DNA from: Escherichia phage UAB_Phi78 | Length of the DNA stretch: 43,984 nt | Sequence record: GU595417 | Direction: 5' to 3' (one strand) | Part shown: positions 43,948 to 43,984 of the stretch, one piece after another | Layout of the letters: every line of letters starts with the position of its first letter | Numbering within the stretch: position 1 is the first letter of the stretch | Made by a program: the position numbers and the translations under genes | Notes under the pieces: generated by a model | Database searches by the model: none | The model's input: the letters and a program-made list of their open reading frames with translations, nothing else | Told to the model about the DNA's origin: nothing

Positions 43948-43984
43948 TGGTGGTCACAAAGTAGCCAAAGTCAAAATTTTGATA

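Noticed and set aside
1-43984. Searched for a CRISPR array, tRNA genes, an integrase or lysogeny module, and toxin-antitoxin or defence operons.
   Set aside because: No regularly spaced direct repeats with unique spacers, no tRNA-like cloverleaf candidates, and no recombinase or repressor-like ORFs were found; the gene content is that of a strictly lytic T7-supergroup phage.

Overview
This window looks like an essentially complete, co-linear genome of an SP6-like podophage of the T7 supergroup, with every supported gene on the + strand. The calls rest on reading the translated ORFs and the DNA by eye and on recalled family knowledge; no database search or alignment was run. The assignment is anchored by about eleven copies of the SP6-type promoter (ATTTAGGTGACACTATAGAAG), an 874-aa single-subunit RNA polymerase, and a 550-aa tailspike resembling the P22 endorhamnosidase without its head-binding domain. 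Gene order runs from a GC-rich left end with a short repeat array, through host-promoter-driven early genes (including an Ocr-like DNA mimic), the replication module, the structural module, holin and terminase, two small paralogues, a lysis cassette and two tailspikes. I did not find a CRISPR array, tRNA gene, integrase or recognisable defence island. The most unexplained signal is a dispersed 16-bp near-palindrome (GTCTAACGTGTTGGAC, nine copies), often just upstream of phage promoters and twice embedded in-frame in the RNA polymerase and primase genes. Other points worth a second look are a candidate replication origin after the polymerase gene, acidic aromatic-ended C-terminal tails on three proteins, a tandem pair of small paralogues after the terminase, and several very small ORFs below the 60-aa track cutoff.
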